From NCBI RefSeq assembly GCF_947495075.1, contig NZ_CANLXH010000004.1: a stretch of 64,000 nucleotides of DNA. One strand, given 5' to 3'. The notes under the pieces are model-generated. The model was given only the letters and a program-made list of their open reading frames with translations, was not told the origin of the DNA and ran no database searches. Of this stretch, positions 59,090 to 64,000 are shown in pieces; within the stretch, counting starts at the first letter, position 1; each line of letters begins with the position of its first letter. This DNA comes from an uncultured Croceitalea sp. (lineage in GTDB: Bacteria > Bacteroidota > Bacteroidia > Flavobacteriales > Flavobacteriaceae). Position numbers and translations under genes: made by a program.

Positions 59090-59847
59090 TGAAAGAAAAG
59101 ATTAAAATATTTTTAGACTCGGACCTACTAGAAAAATATCTTTTAGGGTCAACTTCTACTGAAGAATCACTCCAAGTAGAGCGCTATATCGCTATGCATC
59201 CAGAAGTAAGAGAAGCTTATAATGAGCTACAGGAAAACTTGGAAACTTTTGCCAAAATGCATGCTTTAAAAACCCCCGAAGGTTTAAAAGAGCAAATTCT
59301 ATTCAGAATAAAGCAAGAAAAACGTAGTAGAAGTAAATTCTACAAATTTGCTGTAGCTGCAAGTATCGCTGCTTTAATTTTTGCAGGTGCAAGTTATTTC
59401 TTCTATAATCAAAACCAGAGTTTACAACAAGAAAACTCAATAGTTACTAACAAAATAAAAGATCTTGAGATGGATATGAAAATTCAACTCGAAGATATTA
59501 GAAACCAATATATAGTCCTTAATAACCCAAATACAAGAAAATATAATGTAAATGGTAATAAAAAAGCAGAGGACTTAAAAGCAGTAGCTTACATAAATCC
59601 AGTAAAAAAATTGTCTTACATAAATGTAAGCAATCTTCCTCAACTTCCTGAGGATAAGTGTTTCCAAATGTGGTCAGAGGTAAATGGCAAAATGGTAAAC
59701 CTTGGTGTTATCAAACAATTCGATAATAAAGAACAGTTATTAGCTTTACCATATGCTGATAATGCCGTTGGTTACATTACCATAGAACCTCAAGGTGGTA
59801 ATGAAACCCCCACAGTTAAGAACATAGTCGCCAACATCAATTATTAA
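59089..59847 (+). CDS. Anti-sigma factor (RskA-like)
   Basis: 1-nt overlap with the sigma gene; LLEKYLLG, single TM, LP.LP..K.FQMW, ITIEP.GG...PT. Confidence 0.88.
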   Translation: MKEKIKIFLDSDLLEKYLLGSTSTEESLQVERYIAMHPEVREAYNELQENLETFAKMHALKTPEGLKEQILFRIKQEKRSRSKFYKFAVAASIAALIFAGASYFFYNQNQSLQQENSIVTNKIKDLEMDMKIQLEDIRNQYIVLNNPNTRKYNVNGNKKAEDLKAVAYINPVKKLSYINVSNLPQLPEDKCFQMWSEVNGKMVNLGVIKQFDNKEQLLALPYADNAVGYITIEPQGGNETPTVKNIVANINY

Positions 59848-59920
59848 ACTTAACATAAAGTGGTATAGACTAACTAGTTCGTCCAAGTCATATTTTGTAT
59901 TTTTACACAAAATATGATTT

Positions 59921-60121
59921 ATGAAATTGATTCTTCTAACAATAGGCCTACTTGGATTAGCTTTTGCTGGAATCGCGATTAAGATTTGGTCGAAAAAAGA
60001 TGGTAAGTTTGCTGGCACTTGTGCAAGTCAAAATCCTTTTTTAAATAAAGATGGAGAAGCTTGTGGGTTTTGCGGTAAATTACCAGACGAGCAAGACTGT
60101 AAAAAAGATGCAATTGTATAA
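59921..60121 (+). CDS. Small membrane protein with four cysteines
   Basis: 66 aa, one TM, C34-x13-C48-x2-C51-x8-C60. Confidence 0.75.
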   Translation: MKLILLTIGLLGLAFAGIAIKIWSKKDGKFAGTCASQNPFLNKDGEACGFCGKLPDEQDCKKDAIV

Positions 60122-60159
60122 TTGTTCTTATATTCCTAGTTAAATATTAAATTACTTTT

Positions 60160-60723
60160 TTGAATAAACTCAAAGAGGACTTACAAGAAAATATTGGTAA
60201 AGCAAAAGCAGGCAGCCAAATTGCTTTTAGCTTGTTACTAAATACTTTTTGGAATGAAGTCTATCACTTTCAATTGGCGAGAACCAAAAATGAAAATGAT
60301 GCTGAGGATATTACAATACAAACTTTTTCAAAAGCATTTGACAAAATAAAAACCTATGATGATTCTTATGAGTTTAAAACATGGCTAATCACCATCTCAA
60401 AGAACTTACATGTTGATCTTATTAGAAAAAGAAAACGAAATATTTTAGATGGTTTTGAAAATAGTTCATCAGAAGCGGTTAAAAAAGTTGTAGACGAATC
60501 TCCCACTGTTGAAGATCAGCTAATTATAGAACAAAACTTAGCCTCTTTACTATCGCATATAAAAAAGCTGAAACCGCATTATCAAAAAGTTATAAACCTG
60601 CGTTATTTTAATGAGTTAACTTATGCTGCCATAGCAAAAGAGTTAGATGAGCCTGTAAATAATGTAAAAGTTAAATTACTAAGGGCAAAAAAACTTCTCG
60701 CCGAAATCATTAAGGGTAAGTAA
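60160..60723 (+). CDS. ECF RNA polymerase sigma factor (orphan)
   Basis: TTG start; AEDITIQTFSKAF, FKTWL.TI..N..VD..RK, VKVKLLRAKK. Confidence 0.9.
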   Translation: MNKLKEDLQENIGKAKAGSQIAFSLLLNTFWNEVYHFQLARTKNENDAEDITIQTFSKAFDKIKTYDDSYEFKTWLITISKNLHVDLIRKRKRNILDGFENSSSEAVKKVVDESPTVEDQLIIEQNLASLLSHIKKLKPHYQKVINLRYFNELTYAAIAKELDEPVNNVKVKLLRAKKLLAEIIKGK

Positions 60724-60754
60724 ATCTTCTAAAATAGTTGACCCCTACAATTCG

Positions 60755-60762
60755 TATATTTG
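60755..60762 (+). promoter_or_regulatory. -7 promoter box for lipA
   Basis: TATATTTG 18 nt upstream of the ATG. Confidence 0.55.
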
Positions 60763-60780
60763 CAATAAAGAATTTTTGTT

Positions 60781-61656
60781 ATGAGTGTTGAAGTAGCTGA
60801 ACATGTTATTCCACCCAAAGGAAAACCAAAATGGTTGAGGGTAAAATTACCAACGGGTAAAAAATACACTCAGCTTAGAGGATTAGTAGAAAAGTATGAT
60901 TTGCATACTATTTGTACCTCCGGAAGCTGCCCAAATATGGGAGAATGCTGGGGGGAAGGTACTGCTACTTTTATGATTTTAGGTAATGTTTGTACACGTT
61001 CATGCGGATTTTGCGGAGTAAAAACTGGCAGACCAGAAAGTGTAGATTGGGCCGAACCTGAAAAAGTTGCACGCTCTATCAAAATTATGGGTATTAAACA
61101 TGCCGTAATTACTTCTGTAGACAGGGACGATTTAAAAGATATGGGTTCTATAATTTGGGCAGAGACCGTAAAGTCCATTAGAAGAATGAATCCCAAAACT
61201 ACTTTAGAAACCTTAATTCCAGACTTTCAAGGTTTAGAAAATCACTTAGATAGAATTCTAAAAGTAGCTCCAGAAGTTATTTCTCATAATATGGAAACGG
61301 TGAGGCGACTTACAAGAGAAGTTAGGATTCAAGCTAAATATGATAGAAGTCTAGAAGTTCTAAATTATCTAAAAAAGAATGGCGCTAATAGAACCAAATC
61401 TGGTATAATGCTAGGCTTAGGGGAATTAGAGGAAGAAGTTATACAGACAATGAGAGATCTTAGAGATGCAGATGTTGATGTTGTCACCATAGGCCAATAT
61501 CTTCAACCTTCAAAAAAGCACTTACCTGTAAAGCAATTTATTCTCCCAGAGCAATTTAAAAAATATGAAGAAATTGGTTTAGAAATGGGCTTTAGACATG
61601 TGGAAAGTGGCGCTTTAGTTCGCTCTTCGTATAAAGCTCACAAACACATTCACTAA
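60781..61656 (+). CDS. lipA: Lipoyl synthase
   Basis: [30 protein letters not shown]. Confidence 0.97.
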   Translation: MSVEVAEHVIPPKGKPKWLRVKLPTGKKYTQLRGLVEKYDLHTICTSGSCPNMGECWGEGTATFMILGNVCTRSCGFCGVKTGRPESVDWAEPEKVARSIKIMGIKHAVITSVDRDDLKDMGSIIWAETVKSIRRMNPKTTLETLIPDFQGLENHLDRILKVAPEVISHNMETVRRLTREVRIQAKYDRSLEVLNYLKKNGANRTKSGIMLGLGELEEEVIQTMRDLRDADVDVVTIGQYLQPSKKHLPVKQFILPEQFKKYEEIGLEMGFRHVESGALVRSSYKAHKHIH

Positions 61657-61695
61657 AATTTCTTAAAACTTATTTTCAAAATCTTGTAATATCAA

Positions 61696-62706
61696 ATGAA
61701 AAAAATTACCGTTGGTATTAATGGTTTTGGTCGAATAGGAAGAACGCTATTTAGACTTCTAGCTAATCATAGCAACTTTTCCGTGGTTGTCATAAATGAT
61801 TTAGCAAACGCCGAAACACTATCACATTTGGTGAAATACGATAGTATTCATGGTAGATTTCAAGAAGACATTGAATATGAGGATAATTACTTACTTTTTA
61901 GAGGTAGTAAAATACCTGTTATAAATTATGAACTTCCAGAGCAAATTAAATGGCGTAACTATGATGTTGATATTGTTATTGAAGCTACTGGAAAATTCAA
62001 AACTAAGGAAGATTTAAGTTATCATATAAAGAATGGAGCTAAAAAAGTTATTCTGTCTGTTCCTCCGGTAGATGATGATATAAAAATGATTGTTTTTGGA
62101 GTTAACGAGGGTATTTTAAAAGCTTCTGACAATATCATTTCCAATGCCTCGTGCACCACAAATAATGCTGCTCCTATGATAAAAGTCATACAAGAGCTTT
62201 GTGGTATAGAGCAGGCATATATAACCACAATACATTCTTTTACATCTGATCAAAGCTTGCATGATAGAGCACATCGAGATTTAAGAAGAGCTAGAGCGGC
62301 GTCACAATCCATAATTCCTACCACAACAGGGGCAGCCAAGGCTTTGACCAAAATTTTTCCAGATTTGGCTAATGCAATTGGAGGTTGTGGTATTCGTGTA
62401 CCAGTACCTAATGGGTCTTTAACAGACATTACTTTTAATGTAAAAAAAGAGACTTCGATTAATGAAATTAATAGTACTTTTAAAAGGAGGGCTAAAAAAG
62501 ACTTAAAAAATGTACTTTTTTATACGAAAGACCCTATAGTTTCTATAGATATAAACAATAGTTATTATTCTTGTACGTTTGATTCTCAGATGACATCGGT
62601 TATTGGAAAAATGGTAAAAATCATTGGATGGTACGATAATGAAACTGGTTATTGTTCCAGATTGATTGATTTAATGAACTTACTTGTAAATAAAAACTAC
62701 GTTTGA
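61696..62706 (+). CDS. gap: Type I glyceraldehyde-3-phosphate dehydrogenase (possibly a secondary paralog)
   Basis: GINGFGRIGR, SNASCTTN, TTGAAKA, GWYDNE. Confidence 0.9.
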   Translation: MKKITVGINGFGRIGRTLFRLLANHSNFSVVVINDLANAETLSHLVKYDSIHGRFQEDIEYEDNYLLFRGSKIPVINYELPEQIKWRNYDVDIVIEATGKFKTKEDLSYHIKNGAKKVILSVPPVDDDIKMIVFGVNEGILKASDNIISNASCTTNNAAPMIKVIQELCGIEQAYITTIHSFTSDQSLHDRAHRDLRRARAASQSIIPTTTGAAKALTKIFPDLANAIGGCGIRVPVPNGSLTDITFNVKKETSINEINSTFKRRAKKDLKNVLFYTKDPIVSIDINNSYYSCTFDSQMTSVIGKMVKIIGWYDNETGYCSRLIDLMNLLVNKNYV

Positions 62707-64000
62707 CGCATAAAGGCTCATATAAATTACTGTTACTAGCGATAGTAACTTTTGCTTTTATACTACAGTCTTTTGATGTAAAAGCTCAAGATTTCACATC
62801 TACTAAACAAAACTTGGAATCCTATTATCAAGAAGCATTAACATTAAAACATCAAAATAAAATTTCAACTGCAATAGAAGTCTTAAATAAGGCTACAGTT
62901 CTAGCTGAACAAAATGAAAGTCCTAGAGCACTGGTAGATATCTACCAAAAAATTGCACTACTCCATATTGAATTGGATGACCACGATACTGCCTCTTTTT
63001 ATAGAGAAAGAGCCGGAGCATTTCTTAAAAGTAGTGAGTATCGCTTAGGAGATGCAATTCAAAAATTTATTGATGCAACTATTTTATATCGAGAAAAAAA
63101 TAATTTTCAAGCTATAAAATTACTTGATGAAGCAAAACTCTTAAGTAATGATAAAAACCTTATAAACAACATTGAGCTAACAGAAGCCTACATATATATC
63201 AACTTAGAGAAATTTGAGGATGCTGAAACTAAATTAAATGCACTGCTCGTAAATTCTGATGTAAGTGAGCGTGTATATCTAGCTACCAAAGCAAATCTTG
63301 GATTAGCCGAACTTAATCTTAAGCAAGAAAATTTAGAAAAAAGCACTAAACATGGAGAGGCTGCTCTTGAACTTGCAACTAAAAATAACTTTTTTAAAGA
63401 AATATTAATTGCAAACCAATTTCTAGCTAAGCTTTATGAGGATTTAAAAATTTATGATAAATCTTTAATTTTCAATAAAAATCTATTAAAAATACAGGAT
63501 TCCCTCTTTAATTTCGAAAGGCTTAAACTCGAAACAAAAACTGCAGACAAGCTTACCGATAAATTTAAAAGTGATGAGATTAAGCGTCTAAGTGAAGAAA
63601 ATGAAACTCTTAGCGAGTCCAAAAACAGGTCAGAGATAACTGCCATATTAGCTTCTGCTTTTTTAGTTATAATATCTTTATTAGCAGTTTCTTTATTCAG
63701 AAACAATCAGATTAAGTTAAAAACAAATGATTTACTGCAAACCAAAAATAGTGAGTTAGAAACAGCTAGAGATTCTGCCGTATTAGCGATGAAAGCTAAA
63801 ACTAATTTCCTATCTACGGTAACACACGAGCTTAGAACCCCATTATATGCAGTTACAGGACTAACACACCTTTTGTTGGATGAAAACCCTGCAGAACACC
63901 AAAAAGAACATTTAAAATCTTTAAAATTTTCTGGAGAGTATTTGTTAAATTTTATTAATGATATACTTCAAATTAACAAAATTGATGCAGACAAACTTGA
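62703..64000 (+). CDS. TPR-repeat transmembrane sensor histidine kinase, N-terminal part (runs off window end)
   Basis: Not in ORF track. Open frame from TTG 62703 (TTGA overlap with gap stop): signal peptide, helical TPR-like region, TM, then FLSTVTHELRTPL H-box. Confidence 0.85.
   Translation, partial: MTHKGSYKLLLLAIVTFAFILQSFDVKAQDFTSTKQNLESYYQEALTLKHQNKISTAIEVLNKATVLAEQNESPRALVDIYQKIALLHIELDDHDTASFYRERAGAFLKSSEYRLGDAIQKFIDATILYREKNNFQAIKLLDEAKLLSNDKNLINNIELTEAYIYINLEKFEDAETKLNALLVNSDVSERVYLATKANLGLAELNLKQENLEKSTKHGEAALELATKNNFFKEILIANQFLAKLYEDLKIYDKSLIFNKNLLKIQDSLFNFERLKLETKTADKLTDKFKSDEIKRLSEENETLSESKNRSEITAILASAFLVIISLLAVSLFRNNQIKLKTNDLLQTKNSELETARDSAVLAMKAKTNFLSTVTHELRTPLYAVTGLTHLLLDENPAEHQKEHLKSLKFSGEYLLNFINDILQINKIDADKL

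Noticed and set aside
1120-63706. Many short ORFs opposite to or nested in long genes (e.g. 2273-2614, 11608-11865, 34351-34818, 51502-51951, 53506-53889, 63452-63706)
   Set aside because: They fully overlap well-supported genes and have no motifs; they are typical antisense frame artefacts.
1-64000. CRISPR array, rRNA, tRNA, transposase, integrase or prophage genes
   Set aside because: I found no regularly spaced repeat-spacer array, tRNA T-loop/acceptor pattern, rRNA signature, or DDE/recombinase motif by eye; tRNAscan and Infernal would confirm.

Overview
AT-rich chromosomal segment of a Bacteroidota genome, most likely a marine Flavobacteriaceae. The basis is gene content and order and several TTTG-N18-20-TAnnTTTG promoters. 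It is mostly core genes: a complete trpEGDCFBA operon, ppc, ddl, coaD, pyrE, birA, rsfS-ftsH, cdsA-psd, valS, murB, lipA and gap, plus two ECF sigma factors and two sensor kinases. I saw no rRNA, tRNA, CRISPR array, transposase or integrase. Four coding regions missing from the ORF track were read directly: a partial alanine/glycine symporter (1-355, minus), a trp leader peptide (6477-6530), ribosomal protein THX (21913-22041) and a partial TPR sensor kinase (62703 to window end). Best leads: (1) a candidate small RNA divergent from an ECF sigma/anti-sigma pair, with its own ECF-like promoter, terminator and UUGG-repeat seed (58321-58492); (2) a membrane-anchored LytTR regulator flanked by a spondin lipoprotein and an OB-fold/YceI/beta-barrel operon, with a shared upstream motif; (3) a probably leaderless trp attenuator; (4) palindromic and heptamer repeats in every spaced trp junction, and a similar palindrome inside the valS reading frame; (5) a GH109-kinase-nucleotidyltransferase sugar salvage operon; (6) a split or duplicated PLP enzyme. 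Family names come from recalled motifs; no database search was run.
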